This document shows, one piece after another, positions 1 through 9,314 of a stretch of 64,000 nucleotides of DNA; the stretch's first letter is position 1, and each line of letters starts with the position of its first letter. The notes below the pieces were generated by a model. It did no database searches. It was given only the letters and a program-made list of their open reading frames with translations, and was not told the origin of the DNA. Source of the DNA: Oligoflexia bacterium (GTDB taxonomy: Bacteria; Bdellovibrionota; UBA1018). The stretch is from positions 736,001 to 800,000 of the forward strand of contig CAVWVI010000003.1 in the NCBI GenBank assembly GCA_963758495.1, in the 5' to 3' direction. The position numbers and the translations under genes were made by a program.

Positions 1-924
1 ACTGAACTGGAATTACTTGAATACGCTGGTGACTCTTTCAACTTAGATCAAGTTCTCAAGGGAGAACTCACGCCTGTATTTTTTGGCAGCGCGATGAATA
101 ATTTTGGAGTCCAACGATTTTTGGAGAGATTCATTGAAATTGCCCCGTCTCCTTTAGCTCGTAATACAAACGAAGGATTCATCGAACCCACTTCTCAAAA
201 GTTCTCTGGCTTTACGTTCAAAATTCAAGCGAATATGGACCCATCCCATCGCGATCGCGTTGCCTTTATGAGAGTTTGTTCAGGCAAGTTTACTCGAAAT
301 ATGACGGTCAAACACGCCCGACTCAATAAAGATATTAAGTTGTCTAAGCCTTTACATTTTTTCGCTCAAGAACGGATGGTGATTGAAGAAGCGTGGCCCG
401 GAGATATTGTGGGGCTTCTTGACACAAGTGGTGAACTCCGAATCGGCGATACTCTCTGCGAAGGAAAGCGTTTCGAATATGAAGGAGTTCCTCGCTTTTC
501 TCCAGAACACTTTGCATCCGTCATGATTCTTGACCCCATGAAACGTAAACAACTTAAAAAAGGCCTGGATCAACTGTCTGAAGAAGGTGTCGTCCAGGTT
601 TATAAGCAACGTGGACTTGGAGACAAAGATCCGATCTTAGGCGCCGTGGGTGCACTTCAATTTGAAGTTTTACTCCATCGACTCAAAATGGAATACAATG
701 TGGACGTAAAAATTGAACGACTTCCTTTCGTCCACGCTCGATGGATTACAGGAACAGGATTTGATGCGGACTACTTTGAACGGAGAGAAGACAGCCGATG
801 CCTAGAGGACCGAGATGGTGAATCCGTGATCTTGTTTAAATCAGACTGGGGACTTCGCTGGGCTCAGGAAAATTATAAAACAGTTCAATTCTTAAAAACA
901 GCGCCCATGAAGCGAGTGGATTAA
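1..924 (+). CDS. prfC: Peptide chain release factor 3, C-terminal part (5' end outside the window)
   Basis: Frame is open from base 1 (..LTPVFFGSAMNNFGV..); FKIQANMDPSHRDRVAFMRVCSG and GAVGALQFEV are RF3 motifs. Confidence 0.95.
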   Translation, partial: TELELLEYAGDSFNLDQVLKGELTPVFFGSAMNNFGVQRFLERFIEIAPSPLARNTNEGFIEPTSQKFSGFTFKIQANMDPSHRDRVAFMRVCSGKFTRNMTVKHARLNKDIKLSKPLHFFAQERMVIEEAWPGDIVGLLDTSGELRIGDTLCEGKRFEYEGVPRFSPEHFASVMILDPMKRKQLKKGLDQLSEEGVVQVYKQRGLGDKDPILGAVGALQFEVLLHRLKMEYNVDVKIERLPFVHARWITGTGFDADYFERREDSRCLEDRDGESVILFKSDWGLRWAQENYKTVQFLKTAPMKRVD

Positions 925-1455
925 GAACGGCTGGATCCACTGTTTTGAAACTTCTCCACCTTGATACCAAATAGTCCCCATAAAAGGCTGCATCTTCAGT
1001 ACAAAAGGAACAAAGTAGCGATCACCTGGCCAGAGATTTAAGGATAAAATGTCTGAGTCTGGAATCCAACTGAGATCTCCTTCATGATTCTGTAACTTGG
1101 GCTCCCCTGAGTCTGTTGACTCTAACTTTACGGTGAAAACGAAAACAATCCAATCTTCACTTTTTTGAGGTTTGAAATTTGGAAATTGAATGACGCCGAG
1201 AGCTTTGAATTGGGATTCAGGTAAATCGAGTCCGGCCTCTTCTAATAGCTCTCGGCGTGCGGCTTCTAGAGGTGATTCATCCTGTTCACACTTTCCTCCT
1301 AGCCCATTCCATTTGCCTTCGTGAAAATCAATTCGTCCAGAATTTTTTGAATTCCTATGAATCATCAAAATTTGATTGTCACGACGGACATAAATCAGAA
1401 CTGCAGGAATCACCTTTCTCAAACCCGACTCAAAAGAATTGTCAGCTCTAGGCAT
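892..1455 (-). CDS. NUDIX hydrolase (8-oxo-dGTP diphosphatase-like)
   Basis: Nudix box GGKCEQDESPLEAARRELLEEAGL; LNLWPGD typical of MTH1/MutX-like enzymes. Confidence 0.9.
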   Translation of the reverse strand: MPRADNSFESGLRKVIPAVLIYVRRDNQILMIHRNSKNSGRIDFHEGKWNGLGGKCEQDESPLEAARRELLEEAGLDLPESQFKALGVIQFPNFKPQKSEDWIVFVFTVKLESTDSGEPKLQNHEGDLSWIPDSDILSLNLWPGDRYFVPFVLKMQPFMGTIWYQGGEVSKQWIQPFLIHSLHGRCF

Positions 1456-3253
1456 AGAACTGCTCTATAACCTCGTGATATTTATTTTCAATGACATTCC
1501 TTTTCATTTTCAAGGTGGGCGTCATTTCACCCGCAGCAATAGAGAATTCCTTTGTTAAAACAGCAAATTTCTTAATCTGTTCATAACTGGCTAATGAGGC
1601 ATTCACCTGATCAATGTAAGTCCGAACTTCGTTAATAATTTGTGGCGAGGTAATCAGAGTCTCTTGAAGAGTACTTTGAGATGATCCATTGCCATTCTTA
1701 AGTTCAGCCAATTTTGATTCAGATAAAGTAATGAGAGCAGAAAGGAACTTTCGGCCATCTCCCACCATACAAACCTGACTAATAATAGGCGAAACTTTAA
1801 GTGCTTCTTCTATTGGAAGAGGAGCCACCATTTTTCCACCTGAGGTTTTCAATATTTCTTTCTTACGGCCCCGGATCCGAATCATTCCCCGAGGATCCAT
1901 TTCGCCTAAATCACCTGTATAAAGCCAACCGTCCTTGAGTACTTCTGCAGTCGCTTCTTCATTTTTAAAGTAACCTTTAAAAACATGACGCCCACGAGTG
2001 AGAACCTCGCCATCTTCTGCAATTTTTACTTTAATTCCGTCGATGGGCCCTCCCACAGTGCCAGCACAATCGACACCTCGACCCGTCAAACACACGATCG
2101 CTGTCGATTCGGTTTGACCAAAGTCTTCTAGAATCTCCAAGCCAATCGAACGGAACCACTGACACACATGAGCAGGCAAAGCTGCCGCGCCCGAGGCTAA
2201 TGCTTCCGCTTTACCTAGGCCCAGGGCTTTTCTAATTTTTGAAAGAACCAGGCGATCGGCGATTTCCCATTGAAGCCGATCAGACACTCCATAAGGGGCC
2301 CCGTAGAATCGACCTGACGAAGTGCGAGCCCCTACACTTAATGCCCAGACGGCTAGCTGCTTCTTCAAGCCCGTACTTTGATCTATTTTCTTTAATACGC
2401 CTTCCATCATTTTTTCCCAAAGGCGGGGAACACAAAGCAGTAAAGTAGGCTCAGCTTCGGGAAGCTCAGTCGATACGTTTTCAAATTGAGTACAAAAATA
2501 AACTGTATATTGCTGAGTAATTCCAGCTGCAATATTTTGAAATGTTTCTGCTATGTGGCAAAGAGGGAGAAAAGAAAATAAAGTTCCTTGCCCCAGAGGG
2601 AGTTTCCAATGCTGAATGACGCAATCAATGGCATAAATAAGATTGTCATTTGAAATCAAGGCCCCCTTGGGAGTGCCTGTAGTTCCAGAAGTGTAAATCA
2701 GGATAGCGGGTGCATCTGGATTTAAACGATCCAAATAATCATTGAGGCTCTTGGCACCTTTTATAGCTGCCAACTTTTTTCCTTCGGCCAAGGCACTCTT
2801 ATAAGAAATGGCTTGAGGAGAAATCGAGGTGTCACCATCAAAAACGATGATAAATTCTATTGTATTAGGAAGTGCGGCCAGCGTGCCGTTCTCGCCTACG
2901 ATTTTCTTAAAATATTCTTTATTTTGTACTGAAAGAAATTTGGTCTCAGTATGATTCAGAATATATAAAATATCCTTAGCCGTGGAATTCGGATAAATTC
3001 CGGCTGATTTGCCACCCAGTAAAATGGCTGCCAAATCCATATGAACCCACTCAGGGCTATTGTAAGCAAAGATGGTCCCAATGTCCTGCGAAGTCACTCC
3101 TTTTGATTCTAAAAAGAGCGCCAACCAATAAACTCGGTTACAATAGTCTCGCGCCGTAATGGGTTTCCACTTCCCATTTACTTTGTAAACCTGTGCTTTC
3201 TTATCTGGTTCAGAATTTGCCCAACCTGCTAATCGGTGTAAAATCGTAGACAT
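1448..3253 (-). CDS. Long-chain fatty-acid--CoA ligase
   Basis: YTSGTTGTPKG, FLPLCH, GWLYTGDLG, MTPTLKMKR. Confidence 0.92.
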   Translation of the reverse strand: MSTILHRLAGWANSEPDKKAQVYKVNGKWKPITARDYCNRVYWLALFLESKGVTSQDIGTIFAYNSPEWVHMDLAAILLGGKSAGIYPNSTAKDILYILNHTETKFLSVQNKEYFKKIVGENGTLAALPNTIEFIIVFDGDTSISPQAISYKSALAEGKKLAAIKGAKSLNDYLDRLNPDAPAILIYTSGTTGTPKGALISNDNLIYAIDCVIQHWKLPLGQGTLFSFLPLCHIAETFQNIAAGITQQYTVYFCTQFENVSTELPEAEPTLLLCVPRLWEKMMEGVLKKIDQSTGLKKQLAVWALSVGARTSSGRFYGAPYGVSDRLQWEIADRLVLSKIRKALGLGKAEALASGAAALPAHVCQWFRSIGLEILEDFGQTESTAIVCLTGRGVDCAGTVGGPIDGIKVKIAEDGEVLTRGRHVFKGYFKNEEATAEVLKDGWLYTGDLGEMDPRGMIRIRGRKKEILKTSGGKMVAPLPIEEALKVSPIISQVCMVGDGRKFLSALITLSESKLAELKNGNGSSQSTLQETLITSPQIINEVRTYIDQVNASLASYEQIKKFAVLTKEFSIAAGEMTPTLKMKRNVIENKYHEVIEQFYA

Positions 3254-3360
3254 AACACCTCCCTAGCCACAGACATAGCTGTAAGTTAAGTCAGTTGTCA
3301 AATACAGCCTTGAGTGAACGCTAAAGATTTTCAAAGGGGAGGATTTCGAAAATCCCCCAC

Positions 3361-4752
3361 TCATTTATCAATCAAGTGCGCGACTACTTCTCGGCTTCTG
3401 ATACGAACCTTCAATACAGATAGAAAAATAAACATTCCACCTAGCTTGCGATCCAGAAATACAATTTCACGGGGTGGAGATCTGAGCTTTGAGGAAAGAG
3501 CCAATTGAGCTGCCTTTCTTGCGACACGACCCGGAAGGTCACTCTCCCCCCACAAATAAGCACCCTGATAAGCGCCCTGGGAATCGAATAAATGAGCAGG
3601 AACTCCAGGAGTGTTCGGCGCAAAAAAAGGTTCAGTAATCAAATAACAAATATCTACGAAATGAGAGCGTAACTCTTCTGAGTCGTCGGCTCTCAAAAAT
3701 CCTAATGCAACTCCACCCGATACGACTTCATCCTCATTTCTTCGAAATGCACCTCTCACCATTTTGAGATAAGGCTCCATAAACTGTTTTGAAAGCTTTC
3801 GGACCGCACCAAAGTCTAAAAGCACGATCCGATCAGGTTCACCCCCTGTTCCAATTCGAATTCGATAGTTTCCAAAATGAGGATCCGTTTGTACTGCTCG
3901 CAATAAAAACAACTCCCGAAAATACAACTCCAAAACGGCGGCACCGATCGCATTTCGCCTTTCTTGAGGAAGCTGTAAAACTTCGGGACTATCTACTGGA
4001 ACTCCGGCTTCCAATGAAGTGGTGAGAATTCGATTCGTAGACAACTCTGGAATTACTTCAGGAATAATAAATCTTGAATCATCTGCCAGGTTTTCACGAA
4101 ACTCACGCGTCGTTTGAAGCTCTCGCGCATAATCCACCTCTTGGTGAAGCATAAATCGAACTTCTTTGAAAAGATCGTCATATTTAGGACCTTTGGGTAT
4201 CATTTTCGACAGCGACAAGAGGGATCGAAATGCTTTTAAATCTCCTTCAATTGCTCGATCTACTCCTGGATATTGGATTTTCATCGCGAGCCAGCGTCCA
4301 TCTGTCTTTCTGCGAGCACGATGAACTTGTCCTAAAGAAGCAGAGGCTAGAGGTTCGTGCTCGATCTCTACCTGACTGAGCTGCTCGTCCGAAAGCTGCT
4401 GATTTAACACTTTCTGAATCGCTTTCCATTCCAACGGAGGAGATTGGCTCTGAAGGGACTTTAAAAATGAATTCGCTTCAGGAGGTAAGAAATGTTCTCC
4501 ATACATCGAGAGCATCTGCCCCACCTTCATCAAGCTTCCCTTCAACTCACCGAGTTCGCGCGTAAGTACCCCTACCTGGGAAATCAGTAACTCCTTAAAT
4601 CGCTCTGATTTATCAGACTCATTCGCGAAAAGATTTCCCATTGCATGAGACGCAGCTTTAGCTCCAACAGTGACTGAAACCTTAGCCAGAGCGATCCCAC
4701 GGGAAAATGCATTCGTCTTAATTTGACTTAAACGGTCTTTGGGTGCCACCAT
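3361..4752 (-). CDS. ABC1/UbiB (AarF/ADCK) family atypical kinase
   Basis: LMKVGQ, ASASLGQVHRA, AMKIQYPG, QTDPHFGNY, LLDFG. Confidence 0.92.
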   Translation of the reverse strand: MVAPKDRLSQIKTNAFSRGIALAKVSVTVGAKAASHAMGNLFANESDKSERFKELLISQVGVLTRELGELKGSLMKVGQMLSMYGEHFLPPEANSFLKSLQSQSPPLEWKAIQKVLNQQLSDEQLSQVEIEHEPLASASLGQVHRARRKTDGRWLAMKIQYPGVDRAIEGDLKAFRSLLSLSKMIPKGPKYDDLFKEVRFMLHQEVDYARELQTTREFRENLADDSRFIIPEVIPELSTNRILTTSLEAGVPVDSPEVLQLPQERRNAIGAAVLELYFRELFLLRAVQTDPHFGNYRIRIGTGGEPDRIVLLDFGAVRKLSKQFMEPYLKMVRGAFRRNEDEVVSGGVALGFLRADDSEELRSHFVDICYLITEPFFAPNTPGVPAHLFDSQGAYQGAYLWGESDLPGRVARKAAQLALSSKLRSPPREIVFLDRKLGGMFIFLSVLKVRIRSREVVAHLIDK

Positions 4753-4821
4753 GAAAGCATCTTACAAAATTTTGAGCGTAACAGACACCGAATTCAAGCT
4801 GGGCTCTGCATCTCCCCTAAC

Positions 4822-4922
4822 AAAAGCAGTTCCTTTGGGGCTGGTGACAAGCGCTGTAAGGAGTCCTGTTACGCCGTAAAGATTTGGATTCCCGGCGTAA
4901 CAGGACTCCTTACAGTGCTTAC
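4822..4922 (+). mobile_element. MITE-like element, copy 1 (~101 bp, long internal hairpin)
   Basis: Starts aaaagcagttcctttgg, ends cttac; 28-bp stem aagcgctgtaaggagtcctgttacgccg/cggcgtaacaggactccttacagtgctt; flanks ccctaac/ctctaac (6/7 match). Confidence 0.8.
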
Positions 4923-4945
4923 CTCTAACCTTAATTATAAAATTG

Positions 4946-4979
4946 CTTAGTTAAGGTTAGTCAGCTAACCTTAACTAAG
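4946..4979. repeat. Perfect 15-bp inverted repeat with a 4-nt loop
   Basis: cttagttaaggttag-tcag-ctaaccttaactaag. Confidence 0.85.
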
Positions 4980-5697
4980 GATAATCTAAGTTAGGCTTAT
5001 TCACCTTAAACCCCCCTGCTCCATTCGCTGCACAAGCGCCTTGCGCGGCTTCCCGCTTGATATTCACCCAAGGCAACGCGCCTACTCTTGACTTCGCAGT
5101 ATTTCCATAGCGAAATGCCTCGTATTTCATGACACAAAAACTTTTTCCCGCTGTCGGTGTTGAGTATGCCTCATTACCGGGCACCGAAATGTAGCCTTCA
5201 GGACATTCTACATTCGATCCCATTGCAGGCATCTGTCCCAGTTGTTGGCCCGCTTGCGCCATTTTGCTACGGGGTTTTCTTTTTAAAGTTTTGCAAATAT
5301 ATTCTTCAGCTTTAGGGAGACCCATGTCTTCACAAATCCTCAGGGTATTTTCAGCGTCAGCAGTATTTTTAAAGGAGACTTCGCCATATCTAAGAAAAGG
5401 TAAAACATACTTTTTCATAAGCTTTCCGTTTACATCGATTTTATGACATAATTCTTCAGCTCCATCTTCTTTCCCCTCTTCAGACAAAAGGTTACAAATC
5501 GCCGCTAACTTCCCATCCGCATCTATGTGGTAATCCAAATTATCTGGGTCACACCAAAACTTTTCCCCATCTGCAGTTTCGAAATAAACCTTCTCTCCAG
5601 CTATTACGTGGGAAAGGTGAACGAGCATGCCACTCATCACGAATGTGCTCAGCACCGACCCATACAAAACTTTATTTTTTAATTTGAATAATCTCAT
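4975..5697 (-). pseudogene. 3'-truncated paralog of the BTB-CLec gene at 7987-9216
   Basis: Collinear with 7987-9216 up to ..ACAANGAG, then an unrelated tail; most of the CLec domain is lost. Confidence 0.8.
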
Positions 5698-5768
5698 AAA
5701 TCACTTTTCTTTCTTTTATTTTCTAATTTTTTCCAAACTCAATTGATCTTGCAATAACGTGTTCAGTT

Positions 5769-6863
5769 TTAAAAATGAGGATCTCGTAATGGCTTATACC
5801 TCATTTTATCGCGCACATGGCCATGTCCACTTGGGGAGCCCTTATTCCAATCCCAATCATTGTGGCAGCGACTACAAGTCATCGCATTACATCCATCAGA
5901 CCGTTCCGTAATCACTCCACAGTGATAACAGGGTCGAAATCTACCTCGGAGATCATCGTTTGAAAGTCTAATTGCTGGAGGCTCCTCGGCACCCAAACGA
6001 AGGAGGTTTTCAAACTCTTTCATTTGTTGTGCATATTGAGAACATGCGCCCTGATGCTCATTTCCGCATCGGATGCATCCTTCCTGCTCGCATAAAAAGC
6101 ACGAGTAAAATGCAGATTTTTCCTGAGGTTGAACGATCCTTCCTCCAGCACAGCCTGCGGTAGGGCAAACTACCCAGCCCATTTGTCGAGCATTCACTCG
6201 ATCCACAATTCTCATTCTGACTTTTTCGACCTAAAATTTTGATCGCCCCTGCTGAGCTAGATACCCAGTGTGGAGAACATTTTTACACCCAGGGCATTGA
6301 TTGAGATCTTCACCATCTCGGTTGACCACCATATCGCAATATCCGGGAGCACAATCTTGACAGAGATAACATGTACAGCCAGCGGGACCGGGCTGTGAGT
6401 GATCTTGATCTATTTGTTCGTCAAAACAAGAGAGACATTGGTTTGTATTTACGGGCTCGATGGGAGCAGATGGAGCATTTGCAGTAGCAATTTCAGCAAA
6501 AGCTAATAATGGAGCTGTCTCGCTGACCTCTGATTGAGAAAATTCTGACGACTTTATCGATGATGTTACCACCGAGAACTTCTGCTGCTGAATTTCCTTT
6601 TCACGTTCATGATAGTAGAATTCCTTGGCCTTCAGATTCATCAGCTTCTTGAGCTGCTTAACATGAGTGATTAAATCCGAATTTTCGTTCTCAATTCGCT
6701 CCCCTTCAAACGAAATCGCGCACTCAGATTTAAGACTCAAAACCTCGCTTAATTTTGATGTAGCCTGACAAAAGCCCAGTTGGGTATCTCCGAATACAAT
6801 TAGGCCCGAGACTACTGATAAGACTAGAATAAATTTTCTTGCTTTCATACTGGACCAGATCAA
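5769..6863 (-). pseudogene. Secreted RBR E3-ligase-like paralog without ankyrins, split by one in-frame TAG at 6231-6233
   Basis: ORFs 6231-6863 and 5769-6215 are in frame (..GRSKF*VEKVRMRIVDR..) and align to 9315-11771 (..GRSGADVEKVRMRIVDR..). Confidence 0.85.
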
Positions 6864-6966
6864 TACACTATTTATTATTAATTATCTATAGAATATTATT
6901 ATTTAATATCAGTAATTAACAATGAAGGACATAGAGTACGGCCTCCGACTTCCCCGAAAGAGAGAC

Positions 6967-6995
6967 TTGACAGGTACTCCTAAAAGGTGTACCAT
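6967..6995 (+). promoter_or_regulatory. Sigma70 promoter of the TA operon with an overlapping palindromic operator
   Basis: TTGACA-17bp-TACCAT; imperfect palindrome GGTACTCCTAAAAGGTGTACC at 6973-6993. Confidence 0.7.
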
Positions 6996-7000
6996 GTATC

Positions 7001-7291
7001 ATGATCACCGTTGTGGAGCTGAGTGAGTTTCTCAATAAACAAATTAAAAAACGTCAAATCCCAGATTTCATTTTGATCAAGCTTCAAGACTGGGTTGAAG
7101 ATGTTGAGAATCGTGGGCTTGAAAGAGTTCGACAAATTCCAGGTTACCATGATGAACCTCTAAAGGGAAAATTGGCTGGTACGAGGTCGATCCGACTTGG
7201 GAAAGGATGGCGAGCTTACTATCAAATTAGAGAGTTCAAACGAATTACAGTTTGGGTGGAAAGGATTGATAAACATGAATATGGTAAATAG
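7001..7291 (+). CDS. RelE/HigB-like toxin
   Basis: 96 aa with PGYHDEPLKGKLAGTRSIRL, upstream of an HTH antitoxin. Confidence 0.8.
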   Translation: MITVVELSEFLNKQIKKRQIPDFILIKLQDWVEDVENRGLERVRQIPGYHDEPLKGKLAGTRSIRLGKGWRAYYQIREFKRITVWVERIDKHEYGK

Positions 7292-7595
7292 AAAAAAAAG
7301 CAAGGCACTCCAAAACTTAGAGGCAGCAACAGGCGGACCAGTAACACTGGGGAAGCTGATTGAAGCAATTCGCTTGGGAGAAGAAAAAACACAGCCTGAA
7401 TTTGCAAAAATTCTTGGGATCTCAAAGTCTCATCTCAATGACATTGAGAAGGGAAGAAAAGTGGTTAGCCCTGACCGTGCAGCACGATTTGCGAGGGCCC
7501 TGGGGTATTCTGAAGAACGCTTTGTTACTCTTTCACTTCAAGGGATAATAGACCACGCAGGTTTAGCTTTCCGCGTAGAATTGAGGTTTGCTTAG
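7275..7595 (+). CDS. HigA-like XRE HTH antitoxin
   Basis: TQPEFAKILGISKSHLNDIEKGRKVVSPDRAARFARALG; start overlaps the toxin 3' end. Confidence 0.85.
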   Translation: MNMVNRKKSKALQNLEAATGGPVTLGKLIEAIRLGEEKTQPEFAKILGISKSHLNDIEKGRKVVSPDRAARFARALGYSEERFVTLSLQGIIDHAGLAFRVELRFA

Positions 7596-7986
7596 CACAG
7601 TCGCTGAATTTTCAGTCAATTTAAAGCAAGCATTGGACTAGCGCACATACGGACTAACCGTCTCAACGTGGCAGACTTTGAAGTTGTGAAATACAAAGGT
7701 GTTCAATTAATTAATCATCCATACTAAAGAACAAAACTATCAAGATACCTTTTTCATTTCTTCTCGAACAGTTTCTCAGATTACCTCTCGTAAAGAGGCA
7801 TCAATCTGTTTTCCAAACAGTGCTTCACAAAGCTTTTCTTTCATACTAACCAGCCAACTCTTTACGAATATCTATCTCGCATCAGCAGATCGGGTGGCAA
7901 AGAGACTACTCTCAAAGCGATGTTAAGAAGCATTGAAGAGGATCCAGTGATCCAAGGGCTCTGCGCGCCCATCTCCTTGCTAGCAC

Positions 7987-9216
7987 CTAGTTCTGAGGGC
8001 TAAAAGCACACCGAAACCCGACAACCGCGTACGAGCCAGAGGCGGAATAGTTCAGAAACGCAGCGAAGACTCCAGCGTTCGTGTCAGCGGACCAGGAACC
8101 ACCCCGCAAGGCGGCCCCGGCATTATACATGTAGATTTTACCCACATTCTGTGTTGAGCTGTATGAACCGAGTGGGGCAAAAAGGAATTTATTCTGACTC
8201 CCCTCTGAGAAATAGGTAGCGTTGTTATATTCCTGCCATATATTCTGTCCTGTTCTTAGATCATCCGATACCCATTCCGATACGTTCCCTGCCATATCCC
8301 AAATCACTTCTCCATTGCTCAATGCGTGCGTCCTTTTATGAGTCCAGTCACTGTGATTAGTCCCAACGTAGGGATTCTCATCTGTGCCCGGAGCTGCGGC
8401 TGCATTTGAATTACTGTTGCCCCGCGATAATTGTCCCGCCCCTACTGCTCCACTACTCCAGTTTGCCGGGGTAGCCTCAATACCTCTTGCAATCGTCATC
8501 CACTCGTCATTCGTGATCAAATGGTATCCTGCTCCATTCGCTGCACAAGCTGCTTGCGCGGCTTCCCGAGCAATATTCACCCACGGCAACGCCCCTACTC
8601 TTGACTTCGCAGTGTATCCTTCGCGAGATGCCTCATACTTCATGACACAAAAACTTGTTCCCGCTGTCGGTGTTGAGTACGTTTCATTACCGGGCACCGA
8701 AATGTAGCCCTCAGGACATTCTACATCCGAACCTATTTTGACGGGTACCTGTCCCAGTTGTTGGCCCGCTTGCGCCATTTTGCTACGAGGTTTCCTTTTT
8801 AAAAGTTTGCAAATATATTCCTCGGCTAAAGGCAATCCCAGATCTTCGCAGATGGTTAATGTATCTTCCCGATCCGCATCATTTTTGAAATTCACTTTTC
8901 CATGTCTAAGGAAGTTCAAAATATATCTCTTGGTAAGTTCTCCATTGACATCCAGCTCGAAAGCGGTCTCTTCAGACTTTCCATCATGAATTTCAGACTC
9001 CGCCATCAGATTGCAAATTCCAGACAACTTCCCATCTGGATCCATGTGATATTCCAAATTATCTGGGTCACACCAAAACTTTTCTCCGTCTGCTGTTTTG
9101 AAGTAAACCTTCTCTCCAGCCATCACTTGAGAAGGTTGAACGACCATCCCACTGATCACGAATGTGCTCAGTGCCAACCCATACAAAACTTTATTTCTTA
9201 ATTCGAATAATTTCAT
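7987..9216 (-). CDS. Secreted BTB/POZ-like + FGE-sulfatase (CLec-fold) protein, putative DGR target
   Basis: Signal peptide (..QVMA|GE); ELDVNGELTKRYILNFLRHGKV resembles KCTD-type BTB; FCVMKYEA, LITNDEW, IWDMAGNVSEWV and RGGSW..VGFRC are FGE/CLec motifs. Confidence 0.8.
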   Translation of the reverse strand: MKLFELRNKVLYGLALSTFVISGMVVQPSQVMAGEKVYFKTADGEKFWCDPDNLEYHMDPDGKLSGICNLMAESEIHDGKSEETAFELDVNGELTKRYILNFLRHGKVNFKNDADREDTLTICEDLGLPLAEEYICKLLKRKPRSKMAQAGQQLGQVPVKIGSDVECPEGYISVPGNETYSTPTAGTSFCVMKYEASREGYTAKSRVGALPWVNIAREAAQAACAANGAGYHLITNDEWMTIARGIEATPANWSSGAVGAGQLSRGNSNSNAAAAPGTDENPYVGTNHSDWTHKRTHALSNGEVIWDMAGNVSEWVSDDLRTGQNIWQEYNNATYFSEGSQNKFLFAPLGSYSSTQNVGKIYMYNAGAALRGGSWSADTNAGVFAAFLNYSASGSYAVVGFRCAFSPQN

Positions 9217-9314
9217 AAATCACTTTTATTTCTTTCTTTTCTCTTTTTTTTTAAACTCAAGTCATCTTTACAATTCATCTTGCAACGACGTGTTCATTTT
9301 TAAAAATGACCGTT

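Noticed and set aside
4795..4816. gggctctgc..catctcc resembling the sequence downstream of 7987 (7956-7976)
   Set aside because: Too short to claim as the far end of the duplication.
4822..4922. Hairpin repeats as integron attC sites or a known ribozyme/riboswitch
   Set aside because: No RYYYAAC/GTTRRRY cassette organisation and no motif I recognise; target duplications favour a MITE.
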